Positions 9,374-19,678 of a DNA stretch of 64,000 nt are shown here, one piece after another. A model generated the notes under the pieces. It ran no database searches. It was not told where the DNA came from and saw only the letters and a program-made list of their open reading frames with translations. This DNA comes from Oceanispirochaeta sp. Its GTDB lineage: Bacteria; Spirochaetota; Spirochaetia; DSM-2461. The stretch lies in assembly GCA_963663385.2 (NCBI GenBank), contig CAXXXD010000003.1, positions 576,001-640,000 of the forward strand, written 5' to 3'. Made by a program: the position numbers and the translations under genes. Numbering within the stretch: the first letter of the stretch is position 1; the number at the start of each line of letters is the position of its first letter.

Positions 9374-10225
9374 AGCGATTCTGAACAGGCTTTTACACTC
9401 CTGGAAAAGAGGATCCTTCTGAAGATCTATCATGAAACGTTCCTGAAAATAGTGCAGGTTGTTCAGGGTTAATCCGCTGTAGAGCAGAAAAGGTTTTAGG
9501 ACCGTCTGAACTTCTTCGGAGAATTCAAACTCGTGGAGAGTGGTTGTCAATATATCAGAAATAGATATAAGAACAATTAGTTCTTTATGGGGAGACTGGA
9601 TATTGCTGTTGCCGTGTTCTCCGGCCACATCGGCATAGATGCTGGGGAAATTCCAGCTTTCCATGATTTTCCGTCCCACACTCAGATGGTCTGCTCCATA
9701 AATTCTGATTTCCTCTTTGCAGGTGAGCCTTTCGTTGAGGTTCATAAATTCCATAACGCCATCATAGTTGCCGGGTTTTGACTCATAAAGGGCAAGCTGT
9801 CCGATATCATGGAGGAGTCCGGCCAGGAAAACTTCTTCCTTCCAGCGGGACTGTCCTGCAATATCCGAAAGTTTCCTGGCAATAAAAGCCGTTATAAGGG
9901 AGTGCTGCCAGAAATATTTGTAAAAGGGCGTTACCGTATTCTTCTGAAACATATTGGAGGCTGTAATCAGCATCACAAGGCTTTTGATCGCTTTAAATCC
10001 CATCAGGGAAATGGCTGTCTGCAATTTTGTTATCTGCTGCTGTCTGGCATACAGAGCCGAATTGGCAACCTTCAGTATTTTTGCTGTAAGACCCGGATCA
10101 AGGCTTATCAGATCCTCCAGCTCCGAAAATGAAACATCTCCCAGATCTTCTGCATAAGTCAGTATCTTGGTCGCCACATCAGGCATTATGGGGATATTCT
10201 TTAGAAATTTGTCATAATTATCCAT
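9371..10225 (-). CDS. HDOD domain protein
   Basis: DPGLTAKILKVANSA, FWQHS, AGLLHDIG, DHLSVG and WNFP motifs. Confidence 0.92.
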   Translation of the reverse strand: MDNYDKFLKNIPIMPDVATKILTYAEDLGDVSFSELEDLISLDPGLTAKILKVANSALYARQQQITKLQTAISLMGFKAIKSLVMLITASNMFQKNTVTPFYKYFWQHSLITAFIARKLSDIAGQSRWKEEVFLAGLLHDIGQLALYESKPGNYDGVMEFMNLNERLTCKEEIRIYGADHLSVGRKIMESWNFPSIYADVAGEHGNSNIQSPHKELIVLISISDILTTTLHEFEFSEEVQTVLKPFLLYSGLTLNNLHYFQERFMIDLQKDPLFQECKSLFRIA

Positions 10226-10302
10226 TACTTTATTAATCGTTCCAATTTTAAATATTTATAAGTATTATTATGTATGAACGGTTAAGTTACAAGGAGTGTG
10301 TC

Positions 10303-11304
10303 ATGTCTGATCTGAAATGGGGTGTGTTAAGTACTGCGCTTATTGGAATAAAAAAAGCTATACCGGGTATTCAGAACTCCCGGGGAAATACCGTCCATGC
10401 CATAGCATCGAGAAACAGCAGCACCGCAGCACAAGCCGCCAGAGAAGCAGGAATCCCTGTTTCATACGGCAGTTATGAAGAGCTGCTTTCGGATAAGGAT
10501 ATAGATGCTGTATATATTCCCCTGCCAAACCATATGCATGTGGAGTGGAGTATGAAAGCCATGGAAGCGGGGAAACATGTTCTCTGCGAAAAGCCTATAG
10601 CCCTGTGTTCCGGGGATATCCGGAAGCTGAAAGATGTCAGTCTGAAAACAGGAAAGATTATTTCAGAAGCTTTCATGGTTAAGCATCACCCTCAATGGCA
10701 GACGGCGAGACAGGTTGTTCAGAAGGGAACCCTGGGGGAATTAAAAGCAATTCAGGGGGTATTCAGCTATTTCAACAGAGACGAAGGGAATATCCGGAAT
10801 ATTCCGGAATACGGCGGAGGCGGTATTCTGGACATAGGCTGTTATCCTGTGGTAACCTCGCGCTATATTTTTAATGAGGAGCCCCTGCGTGTCATAGCTC
10901 TTCTGGAAAAGGATCCGGAATTCAGAATAGATCGACTGGGATCTGTTATTATGGAATTCCCTTCCGGACAGGCCTCTTTTGTCTGTTCAACACAGATGGT
11001 ACCCTTTCAGAGGATGAACATTATAGGAACAAAAGGACGCCTTGAAATCGAGATTCCTTTCAATGCTCCGCCGGACAGAAAGACCCATATGTTCCTTTCC
11101 AAGGGAGAGTTCTATCAGGCGGAGAACCAGCTGCTTGATTTTGATATCTGTGATCAGTACGGGCTGCAGGCGGAATCTTTTGCCAGAGCTGTCAGGAAAG
11201 GGGATGAACTGGTTATGACTATGGAGGATTCCATCCGGAATATGAAAGTTCTGGAAGCAATCTTCCGGTCAGCCGAATCAGGCCGGTTTGAGGCCGTTTT
11301 ATAA
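10303..11304 (+). CDS. Gfo/Idh/MocA family NAD(P)-dependent oxidoreductase
   Basis: AAGGAG RBS before ATG 10303; HVLCEKP and GGGGILDIGCY motifs. Confidence 0.92.
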   Translation: MSDLKWGVLSTALIGIKKAIPGIQNSRGNTVHAIASRNSSTAAQAAREAGIPVSYGSYEELLSDKDIDAVYIPLPNHMHVEWSMKAMEAGKHVLCEKPIALCSGDIRKLKDVSLKTGKIISEAFMVKHHPQWQTARQVVQKGTLGELKAIQGVFSYFNRDEGNIRNIPEYGGGGILDIGCYPVVTSRYIFNEEPLRVIALLEKDPEFRIDRLGSVIMEFPSGQASFVCSTQMVPFQRMNIIGTKGRLEIEIPFNAPPDRKTHMFLSKGEFYQAENQLLDFDICDQYGLQAESFARAVRKGDELVMTMEDSIRNMKVLEAIFRSAESGRFEAVL

Positions 11305-11399
11305 TTGTAATAATGATTGAAATTATAGAACATAGGAATTATGTTATTAGCATAGAATATATATTTATTAATATTTAAAAATATACGGAGGAACTCAGT

Positions 11400-11684
11400 A
11401 TGGTAAAACATGTTGTCATGTGGAAATTGAAGGATAAAAACAGAGCGGAAGAGCTAAAAGACGCAATATATTCCATGAAGGGGAAGGTTTCTTCAATGGT
11501 TGATGTAGAATGCGGAATTAACTTTAACCCCGGAGAAGCTGCATGTGATCTTGTTCTGATATCGACCCATAACAGCCGTACCGAACTGGATACCTACCAG
11601 GATGATCCCCTGCATGGGGAGATTAAAAAGATTGTCGGACCTGCCGCGATGTCCCGCCATGTCACTGATTTTGAAATGGATTAA
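11400..11684 (+). CDS. Dabb family (stress-responsive A/B barrel) protein
   Basis: MVKHVVMWKLK...YQDDPLH...DFE pattern. Confidence 0.88.
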   Translation: MVKHVVMWKLKDKNRAEELKDAIYSMKGKVSSMVDVECGINFNPGEAACDLVLISTHNSRTELDTYQDDPLHGEIKKIVGPAAMSRHVTDFEMD

Positions 11685-11715
11685 CGGATTCTAGGAGACA
11701 TAAGGATAAAACAGG

Positions 11716-12945
11716 ATGCAGGGAAGACTGAATAAAATTCTGCAGATTGACCAGGATCTGAACCGGATCCAGGATGTGGATATGCTGCTGGAGAGGATAC
11801 TGTATTACGCCAGGCAGGCTGTTTCTGCGGATGCCGGATCGATATATATCAAGGATGGGAATGAGCTTGAAATCCGCCACTCCCAGAATGATACCCTCCA
11901 GAAAAAGCTGGCCCCCGGAAAGAAGCTGATCTATTCTATTTTCCGGATTCCCATAAATGAAAAATCCATCTCCGGATTTGTGGCAGACAGGGAGACCCAT
12001 CTGAATATACCGGATATGTACAATATCCCCGAAAGCTGTCCCTACAGTTTCAGCACCCATTATGATGAGGTATCAGGATACAAAACCGTTTCTTCTCTTA
12101 CCTTCCCCCTTAAAACAAATCAGGGAGAGCTGCTGGGAGTTCTTCAGCTGCTGAATGCCAAAGGGAAAAACGGGAAAATCGTTCCCTTTATGAAAGAGGA
12201 TGAACCTTTTGTCCTTCATTTCGCCAGTTCGGCTACTGTGGCCCTGCAGCGGACCCGTATGACCCGAACTCTCCTGCTGAGGATGATACAGATGGCAGGA
12301 CTCCGGGATCCCAAGGAGACGGGAGCCCATGTTAACCGGGTGGGAGCTATCTCCTGTGAAATCTATGAGGCCTGGGCTGTAAAGAATAAAGTACCGGAAG
12401 AACAGATTCAGAAAGAGAAGGATATCCTCCGTATGGCATCCATGCTCCATGATGTGGGTAAGGTGGGGATTTCCGATCTGATTTTGAAAAAGCCCGCCCG
12501 TTTTACCGACGAAGAATACTATATCATGCAGTCTCATTCCTATATCGGAGCCAGGCTTTTCGATAACAAGCAGTCCGATCTGGATATTATCGCCAGGGAT
12601 ATTGCCCTGCGGCATCATGAAAACTGGGATGGCACGGGATACCCGGGGAAAATTCCCTGGCATGAATATGACTCTCTGGAGGAAACAATCGGCAGCGCAT
12701 CGGAAAAACCGGAAGGCCTAAAGGGCGGGGAAATCCCTTTTTTTGCCAGGATTGTCGCTCTGGCGGATGTTTATGACGCCCTCTCTTCCAAAAGGGTCTA
12801 TAAAGAGGCCTGGACAGAAGATGATGTTCTTAACGAGATCCGCCGCTGCAGAGGAACGAAGTTCGACCCCGAGCTGGTGGATATATTCTTTGAAATTGTT
12901 CCCATGCTGCACCATATTCAGGAAAAATATCCGGATAGTGAGTAG
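11716..12945 (+). CDS. GAF + HD-GYP c-di-GMP phosphodiesterase
   Basis: GAF (ADAGSIY, SISGFVA, GVLQLLN); ETGAHVNRV, HDVGK, HHENWDGTGYP and ADVYDAL motifs. Confidence 0.92.
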   Translation: MQGRLNKILQIDQDLNRIQDVDMLLERILYYARQAVSADAGSIYIKDGNELEIRHSQNDTLQKKLAPGKKLIYSIFRIPINEKSISGFVADRETHLNIPDMYNIPESCPYSFSTHYDEVSGYKTVSSLTFPLKTNQGELLGVLQLLNAKGKNGKIVPFMKEDEPFVLHFASSATVALQRTRMTRTLLLRMIQMAGLRDPKETGAHVNRVGAISCEIYEAWAVKNKVPEEQIQKEKDILRMASMLHDVGKVGISDLILKKPARFTDEEYYIMQSHSYIGARLFDNKQSDLDIIARDIALRHHENWDGTGYPGKIPWHEYDSLEETIGSASEKPEGLKGGEIPFFARIVALADVYDALSSKRVYKEAWTEDDVLNEIRRCRGTKFDPELVDIFFEIVPMLHHIQEKYPDSE

Positions 12946-12979
12946 ATCAGTTGATTTTTCTCTTTGAGGACTCTCCCTG

Positions 12980-13942
12980 ATGGACAGAATTATACTGGCT
13001 CCCCTTGAAGGAATGACCGATTCGGTTTTCCGTCAGTGTTACTACAGACATTTTAAGGGACTGGATGAAGCTGTTACTCCGTTTCTGCCGGTACCGGACA
13101 GTGTTGTCAAAGTGCCCCGGAGATCTTTTCGGGATGTGGCTCTTCCGGGAGAATCCCCGGTTCCCGAAATTCCTCAGCTGCTTCTCTCTTCGAAGGAGTC
13201 CTTTCTGATAGCAGGCCGTTCTCTGGCGGATGCCGGTTATACCGAAGTGAACTGGAATCTGGGCTGTCCTTCAAAGGGGGTTGTCAATAAAGGCAAAGGC
13301 GCCGGCATGATGCCCTATACAGAAGATATTCTCTCGCTTCTGGATTATATACTTCCCCTTGTACCCTTAAAAATTTCCCTGAAAATCCGCCTGGGTATGC
13401 ACCACCCCTCTGAATCGGAAAAACTGGTTGACCGTCTGAATGACTACCCGATCAAAGAGCTGATATGCCATCCCCGACTGGGATCGGCCCTGTACAGAGG
13501 AGAACCTGACCTTAATGGCTTTTCCCGTATCAGGGACCGCTGTCGTCTGCCTCTGGTTTATAATGGGGATATCCTTTCAATCGAAGATTTCCTGAAGTTG
13601 AAAAAACGTTTTCCCTCCCTTTCGGGATGGATGATAGGGCGGGGAATACTCCGTAATCCTTTTCTTCCCGAACAGATCAGGGATTGGGGGAACGGGCATT
13701 CTGATTCCTGCCACAGGGATTTTTATCCTCTGAAAGAGGAGCGGTTCCGTATTTTTCTTGCAGATTTATACAACGCCTATAAATCCGGAATTCCCTCGGT
13801 TAAACACAGAACAAACTGGATGAAGGGAATTCTGTTTCTGATTATCAAAGGTTCAGCAGCAGAGAATAGAATAAAAGCAAAACTGAGGGATATGGGGGAT
13901 GAAAAGGATTTTTTCCGTTTACTGGATGAGCTTTTTCAGTAA
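12980..13942 (+). CDS. tRNA-dihydrouridine synthase family protein
   Basis: LAPLEGMTD, NLGCPS, KIRLG, HPR, YNGDI and MIGRG motifs. Confidence 0.9.
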   Translation: MDRIILAPLEGMTDSVFRQCYYRHFKGLDEAVTPFLPVPDSVVKVPRRSFRDVALPGESPVPEIPQLLLSSKESFLIAGRSLADAGYTEVNWNLGCPSKGVVNKGKGAGMMPYTEDILSLLDYILPLVPLKISLKIRLGMHHPSESEKLVDRLNDYPIKELICHPRLGSALYRGEPDLNGFSRIRDRCRLPLVYNGDILSIEDFLKLKKRFPSLSGWMIGRGILRNPFLPEQIRDWGNGHSDSCHRDFYPLKEERFRIFLADLYNAYKSGIPSVKHRTNWMKGILFLIIKGSAAENRIKAKLRDMGDEKDFFRLLDELFQ

Positions 13943-14277
13943 ACCGCTTTAAGTCCTTCCCTGAAGAGATTACCGCAGGCTGTGAACATGGCATTTCTGG
14001 TTTTCATAATTATAATACCGCTCTCGTCGGCCAAACGGATCATATTGGGAGTAATTTCTTTATCTCTTACAAAAAGAATACAGGATATATCTGCCATTTC
14101 GGCTGTACGGATTGCCTGAATATTAGCCAGACCGGTTATAAGAACGGCATCATCGGCTTCTACAGTCAGTACGTCACTCATTAAATCCGAACTGAAGGCT
14201 TGTACGATTTCCCTGTCATCCAGGGTTCCGCATACAAGTTCCGCTTCGGTGATTGCCAGAATTTCTTCTAATTTCAT
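13936..14277 (-). CDS. Stand-alone DRTGG domain protein
   Basis: AGGAG RBS before ATG 14277; SDLMSDVL, LITGL and IRTAEMADI motifs. Confidence 0.85.
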   Translation of the reverse strand: MKLEEILAITEAELVCGTLDDREIVQAFSSDLMSDVLTVEADDAVLITGLANIQAIRTAEMADISCILFVRDKEITPNMIRLADESGIIIMKTRNAMFTACGNLFREGLKAVY

Positions 14278-14812
14278 TCTTTCTCCTGATTCTAAAATCA
14301 TCATATAAGGAATTATGAACTTTATCAATCATCCCTTCCCAGTTTGTTCCTTATCCCGGAAAACTCAACTCTGAAGATGCTATAAAAGTTACAGATTGCG
14401 GGGATAGGAGTATATTTGATAAAAACGGATGTATTTTTATTCAACTTCTTGCATATTCCGAAAAGTTACGGTAATATTTTTTGTTATCTTACCGGTATCT
14501 TAAACTCCGGTAGCTTCAACAATCATCTGTTTTCAACCTATTAACTGCCTAGTTAATCAAGTACTGCGGCGGTTCTTGCACGGATATGTTTAACAATATA
14601 GGGATCTTTTTCCCGGATTATCGTTATCAGAGAGTTCATTCCGGTATTACCGGCTCAATCTCCTGAGTTTGAATTTCTTTTCATATAGACCGGATGGTTT
14701 GTCCCGGCGGTCTTTAGCGGATTATTTCGGGTTCCGCCCCATTAAACATCTGGATTTATTTGGATTATATATCCATATGATAAATATACAACCAATTTGG
14801 AGGAATGTAAGA

Positions 14813-15802
14813 ATGAAAAAGGCATTCAGTATAGCTGCAATAGCTCTGGTTTTCAGTGTGCTCTTTACGGGCTGTGAAAAAAAAGAAGCGGGAGAGGCAG
14901 CTCCGCAGAGAACTTTTGTTACCATTGGAACAGGCGGTGTAACCGGTGTGTACTACCCTACCGGTGGAGCGATAAGCAAGATGGTTAACCAGAACTTCGA
15001 TACATACGGAATCAAGGCAACCGTTGAATCCACAGGCGGATCAGTATTCAATGTCAATGCCATTATGGCGGGTGATCTGGAGTTCGGTATCGTTCAGTCC
15101 GACAAACAGTATCAGGCCTATAACGGAACAGCCGACTGGGAATCTGCCGGAAAGCAGGAAAAACTCAGAGCCGTGTTCTCTATCCACCCCGAATGCGTCA
15201 CCATGCTTGCAGCAGATGACTCGGGTATTGAAAAATTCGAAGATATTGTCGGCAAGGTTATCAATATCGGAAACCCCGGATCCGGTCAGAGGGGGAATGC
15301 CCAGGATATTATGGAAGCCTATGGTATCGACTGGGAGAAGGATATTAAAGCAGAAGGCCTGAAGGCATCCGAAGCAGCCAAAATGCTTCAGGACGGCAGA
15401 ATAGATGCTTACTTCTATACTGTCGGGCACCCCAACGGTTCCTTTAAGGAAGCCACCTCCGGCGCCAGAAAAGCCCACTTTGTGCCCATTACCAAAATCG
15501 ACGGCCTGCTGGCTGACTTTCCCTACTATGCGGCATCCTATATTCCCGTTAAGGAATATCCCAATGCAACCAATACGAGCGATATTGATACATTCGGTGT
15601 AAAAGCGACACTGTGTACATCATCCGATGTTCCCGATGACGTTGTTTACGCCATTACCAGGGAAGTCTTTGAAAATCTTGAGGATTTCAAAAAACTGCAT
15701 CCTGCTTTTGCTGTACTGACAAAGGAAAGCATGCTGACCGGTCTTTCTGCACCGATTCACGACGGTGCCATGAAGTACTTTAAGGAAGTCGGGCTGAAAT
15801 AA
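14813..15802 (+). CDS. TAXI-family TRAP transporter solute-binding lipoprotein
   Basis: GGAGG RBS; lipobox LFTGC; IGTGGVTGVYYPTG, STGGSVFN, GNPGSG and PIHDGA motifs. Confidence 0.93.
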   Translation: MKKAFSIAAIALVFSVLFTGCEKKEAGEAAPQRTFVTIGTGGVTGVYYPTGGAISKMVNQNFDTYGIKATVESTGGSVFNVNAIMAGDLEFGIVQSDKQYQAYNGTADWESAGKQEKLRAVFSIHPECVTMLAADDSGIEKFEDIVGKVINIGNPGSGQRGNAQDIMEAYGIDWEKDIKAEGLKASEAAKMLQDGRIDAYFYTVGHPNGSFKEATSGARKAHFVPITKIDGLLADFPYYAASYIPVKEYPNATNTSDIDTFGVKATLCTSSDVPDDVVYAITREVFENLEDFKKLHPAFAVLTKESMLTGLSAPIHDGAMKYFKEVGLK

Positions 15803-15822
15803 GCCATTTTTCATTGAAGGGT

Positions 15823-15862
15823 AGGCAGAATGCCCGTTACCTGACGTGACGGGCTTCTGTCT
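15823..15862 (+). other. Intercistronic stem-loop between the TAXI SBP and permease genes (mRNA stabiliser or partial terminator)
   Basis: Inverted repeat ggcagaa-t-gcccgt ... acgggc-ttctgtc. Confidence 0.55.
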
Positions 15863-15894
15863 TATCGCCTCTGATTTAAAGGAATCTTTCTCTT

Positions 15895-17973
15895 ATGATT
15901 AAAGAACTAGAAGTTGAACAAAGCGATGCGGATCTTAAAAAAGCCCAGCAGATAGTTGATGAAGCCGAGGGTGGTACCAGGAATATCAAATCCGGCTGGT
16001 CCCGCTGGCTGATACCTGCAGTAGCCGTATCCTGGTCCATATTCCAGTTGCTTATTTCTTCCGTAGTGCTTCTGGAAAGCACAATAGTACGGTCCATCCA
16101 CCTGGGGTTTGCCATTTGTCTGGTTTTTCTGAGCCACCCTCTTTTTAAAAAACCCAGGAAAAACCGTTTTCTGAATTATTTTGCCAATAACGACCGTTTC
16201 AGCGTTGTCGATATAATAATAACTGTTTCTGCTACTCTGCTTGCTTTGTATATTGCCATTGACTATATCGGTATGAGCAATCGAATGGGGTCTCCGATTT
16301 TCAGGGATCTCCTGTTCGGGTTTATTCTGGTTGTTCTTCTCCTGGAAGCTGCCAGGCGTTCCCTGGGGCCAGCTCTTCCCATTGTGGCAGTCGTATTTAT
16401 CCTATACAGTTTTTTCGGACCTTACATGCCCTCTGTTCTGGCTTTCAAGGGTGTTTCTGTAAACCGTTTTATCGGTCAGATTACCATGACCACAGAAGGT
16501 ATCTACGGTGTGCCTCTTGATGTCTCGGCTACCATCGTTTTCCTTTTTGTCCTTTTTGGCGCCATGCTCGATAAAGCGGGAGCCGGAAAGTATTTTGTCG
16601 ATCTGGCTTTCAGTCTTCTGGGACGTTTTAAAGGCGGACCGGCCAAAGCCGCCGTACTGGCCAGCGGGTTGACAGGGATGGTTTCCGGATCCAGTATCGC
16701 CAATACGGTTACAACCGGCACGTTTACCATTCCCCTTATGAAAAGTGTCGGATATCCGGCTCACAAAGCAGGCGCCGTAGAAGTCGCCTGCAGTACCAAT
16801 GGTCAGCTGATGCCTCCCATTATGGGGGCGGCTGCCTTTATTATCGCAGAATACTGTAACCTGGAATATGTCGAAGTGATCCGTGCCGCTTTTATCCCTG
16901 CTGTTGTTTCCTATATTGCTCTGATGTATATAACTCATCTGGAAGCTTCCAAACTGGGACTGACGGGCATTCCCCGGGAAGAACTCCCCCGGTTCTGGCC
17001 CACTTTCATTGCGGGTATACATTTTCTGATCCCCCTGTTATTTCTTATCGTGGAACTGGTTGTATTCAGGCACTCTCCCGCTCTGGCCGCGTTCCGGGCC
17101 ATTATGGCTCTGGCAGTGCTGATTGTACTGCAGAATCTGTATAAGGCATATAAAAAAGGCTCATCCTACGGCAAGGCTCTGAAGCATGCGGCTTATCAGA
17201 TCCTGACGTCCCTTGAAGCGGGCGGAAAAAACATGATGGGAATCGGTGTGGCTGTCGCCTCCGCCGGTATTATTGTAGGTGTTGTAACACTGGGACTGGG
17301 AGGAATCATTACAGAAGTAATTGAAGTCCTTTCCGGCGGGAACTTCCTGTTGATTCTTATCATTACGGCTATAGCCAGTCTTATTCTGGGAATGGGACTG
17401 CCCACTACCGCAAACTATATTGTTATGGCCTCTCTGACAGCCCCGGTCATTCTATCCCTCGGGGAGAAGAACGGTATTATGATTCCCCTGATCGCTGCCC
17501 ATCTCTTTGTATTCTTCTTTGGTATACTGGCGGACGATACACCTCCTGTAGGTCTGGCGGCCTTTGCTGCTTCGGCTATTGCCAAATCAGACCCCATTAA
17601 GACTGGTATTCAGGGGTTCACCTATGATATTCGAACAGCCATACTGCCTTTTATGTTTATTTTCAATACGGATCTCCTGTTGATCGGTGTGGATAGTGTT
17701 TTCCATGCCATATGGGTGTTTATTGCCGCCCTGTTTGCCATGTTTGCCTTTGCAGCCCTGACTCAGGGGTTTTTTGCCGGGAAAAACAAATGGTACGACG
17801 GTGTACTCCTGGCTGTTGTTACGCTGACCCTCCTGAGGGCTGATCTGTTTAATTCGTGGTTGAACAGGCCCGATCTGCCTTCTTACTTCATCAATCTGGC
17901 GGGAATGGGAATAATGGTACTGGTATATCTGAACCAGAGATTGCGAATAAAAAGCTCAGAAGTGAAAGCCTGA
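15895..17973 (+). CDS. TRAP transporter fused 4TM/12TM permease
   Basis: GGPAKAAV, SGSSIAN, GQLMPPIMGAAAF, LGMGLPTTANY and DTPPVGLA motifs. Confidence 0.95.
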   Translation: MIKELEVEQSDADLKKAQQIVDEAEGGTRNIKSGWSRWLIPAVAVSWSIFQLLISSVVLLESTIVRSIHLGFAICLVFLSHPLFKKPRKNRFLNYFANNDRFSVVDIIITVSATLLALYIAIDYIGMSNRMGSPIFRDLLFGFILVVLLLEAARRSLGPALPIVAVVFILYSFFGPYMPSVLAFKGVSVNRFIGQITMTTEGIYGVPLDVSATIVFLFVLFGAMLDKAGAGKYFVDLAFSLLGRFKGGPAKAAVLASGLTGMVSGSSIANTVTTGTFTIPLMKSVGYPAHKAGAVEVACSTNGQLMPPIMGAAAFIIAEYCNLEYVEVIRAAFIPAVVSYIALMYITHLEASKLGLTGIPREELPRFWPTFIAGIHFLIPLLFLIVELVVFRHSPALAAFRAIMALAVLIVLQNLYKAYKKGSSYGKALKHAAYQILTSLEAGGKNMMGIGVAVASAGIIVGVVTLGLGGIITEVIEVLSGGNFLLILIITAIASLILGMGLPTTANYIVMASLTAPVILSLGEKNGIMIPLIAAHLFVFFFGILADDTPPVGLAAFAASAIAKSDPIKTGIQGFTYDIRTAILPFMFIFNTDLLLIGVDSVFHAIWVFIAALFAMFAFAALTQGFFAGKNKWYDGVLLAVVTLTLLRADLFNSWLNRPDLPSYFINLAGMGIMVLVYLNQRLRIKSSEVKA

Positions 17974-18022
17974 TTCCTATCCGGGGTTGTGATTCCCCGG
18001 GTAGTGTTTTATTATTTCCCTG

Positions 18023-19678
18023 ATGTCCAGTAAACAACACCAACGATTCAGTCTTTACTACCGCAACGGGTATGCTGTACTCAGGGTTTTTCCTCCCTCT
18101 TCTCCTGATGAAAAGGTATACGCCGAAGAAATTGTCAACAGGATGAAGCTCCTTCAAATTCCCATGGTCCGCATGAAAACTATCGATGATATTATCGAAC
18201 GGGCTGACGGGAGCAGGGAAAAACTTATTGAATGGCCCGCCGGCGTACATCTCAGTCCTCATATCAATATTCGAATCAGCGAGGATCTTATGCTGGTTGA
18301 GGTTTTTATAGATCCGCCGAAGATTGGCGGCGGGATTGTAACCAGAGAACAGTTTGAACACCTGATGGATGATAACGGTATTAGTTCGGGAATAGACTGG
18401 GACCGTATTACAGCCTGTACGGATAATGAATGTTATAATGCCTGGATACCTATCGCTAATGGCCGTCCACCCGTTCACGGACGGGGCGGGAGGGTAAAAT
18501 ACAACTTCAGCACCGATACGGGCAAGCCTTTCAGGGAACTGCCCCATGGCAGGATCGATCTGAAGGAACTGAACTTTATTCAGTTCAGGCGGAAAGGGGA
18601 CCTTTTAGCCGAAAGGGAAGCGCCTGTGCTGCCCCAGGATGGTTATGATGTGCGGGGAAATGCTGTTTCTGCCAATCCCATGGATGAGGAAGATCCGCTG
18701 GTTTCCGGGGAAATGACAGAACTGCGGGATGAAGGCATCTATGCCCTGGAAGATGGAAATGTCCGTCTTGACAGGGGCGCTGTGGTTATAGAACCGGTTG
18801 TAACCGTAAATAATGTGGACTACGAAACAGGGAACCTTGATTTCGAGGGGTCCATTATTGTAAAGGGTACTGTGGCAGACGGATTTCATATCAAGGCCAG
18901 CGGGGATATCCAGATAGGCAAAAGTGTCGGCCGGGTTCTGATAGAATCGGGTCGGAATGTTATCCTTCAGGCGGGAATAAACGGAGACAAAGAGGGGAAG
19001 GTAAAAGCCGACGGAGATATTTACACCCGTTTTGCAGAGAGTGCTTTTCTTGAGTCGACAGGGAGCCTGATTGTAACAGGGGCCATTCTTCACTCTACCA
19101 TCAAGGTCTCGGGACACCTTCTGCTGGAAGGGGGACGGGGTGAAATCCTGGGCGGTCTGGCCATCGTCCGGGGCTGGGTCAAATGCCGGAAAATCGGGAG
19201 CCTTTATGAAACAAAGACGAATCTTATTGTTGGTGTGGAACCCCATGAGCTGGAAGAATTTCTGGATCTGCTGAAAGAACTGGATGATTTACGGGATCAA
19301 CAGGATAATATTGACAAACAGATTCGGTATTACAATAAGAAAAGGAATCAGAACGGTTCTGTTCCGAAGCTCTCCATCCATATTCAGATTCTGGAAAAGG
19401 AATTAAAGGTTATCTCTTCCCGGATAGAGGAACATGCCAGGCGAATCAAGAAGATCAGAAAAACACTGGAACCGGATTCCGAGTGTTTTGTGCTGGCGGA
19501 GGATATGATTTATTCAGGCGCCAGGGTTAGTTTCGGTTTGTTTGAATTTGCACCGGACCAGCGAGGTGCCAGAAAAACCATACTTCAGTTCAGAGAGGGA
19601 AGGATTCGGGAAACCGGTTATAACCCGGCACAGATGCCCGAAGAGATAGCCAGACAACTTCCTAGGGACGAGACGTAA
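18023..19678 (+). CDS. FapA family (DUF342) flagellar assembly protein
   Basis: IANGRPPVHG, IDLKELN, VDYETGNLDF.GSIIVKGTV..GF.IKA.GDI beta-helix repeats and a C-terminal coiled coil. Confidence 0.88.
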   Translation: MSSKQHQRFSLYYRNGYAVLRVFPPSSPDEKVYAEEIVNRMKLLQIPMVRMKTIDDIIERADGSREKLIEWPAGVHLSPHINIRISEDLMLVEVFIDPPKIGGGIVTREQFEHLMDDNGISSGIDWDRITACTDNECYNAWIPIANGRPPVHGRGGRVKYNFSTDTGKPFRELPHGRIDLKELNFIQFRRKGDLLAEREAPVLPQDGYDVRGNAVSANPMDEEDPLVSGEMTELRDEGIYALEDGNVRLDRGAVVIEPVVTVNNVDYETGNLDFEGSIIVKGTVADGFHIKASGDIQIGKSVGRVLIESGRNVILQAGINGDKEGKVKADGDIYTRFAESAFLESTGSLIVTGAILHSTIKVSGHLLLEGGRGEILGGLAIVRGWVKCRKIGSLYETKTNLIVGVEPHELEEFLDLLKELDDLRDQQDNIDKQIRYYNKKRNQNGSVPKLSIHIQILEKELKVISSRIEEHARRIKKIRKTLEPDSECFVLAEDMIYSGARVSFGLFEFAPDQRGARKTILQFREGRIRETGYNPAQMPEEIARQLPRDET

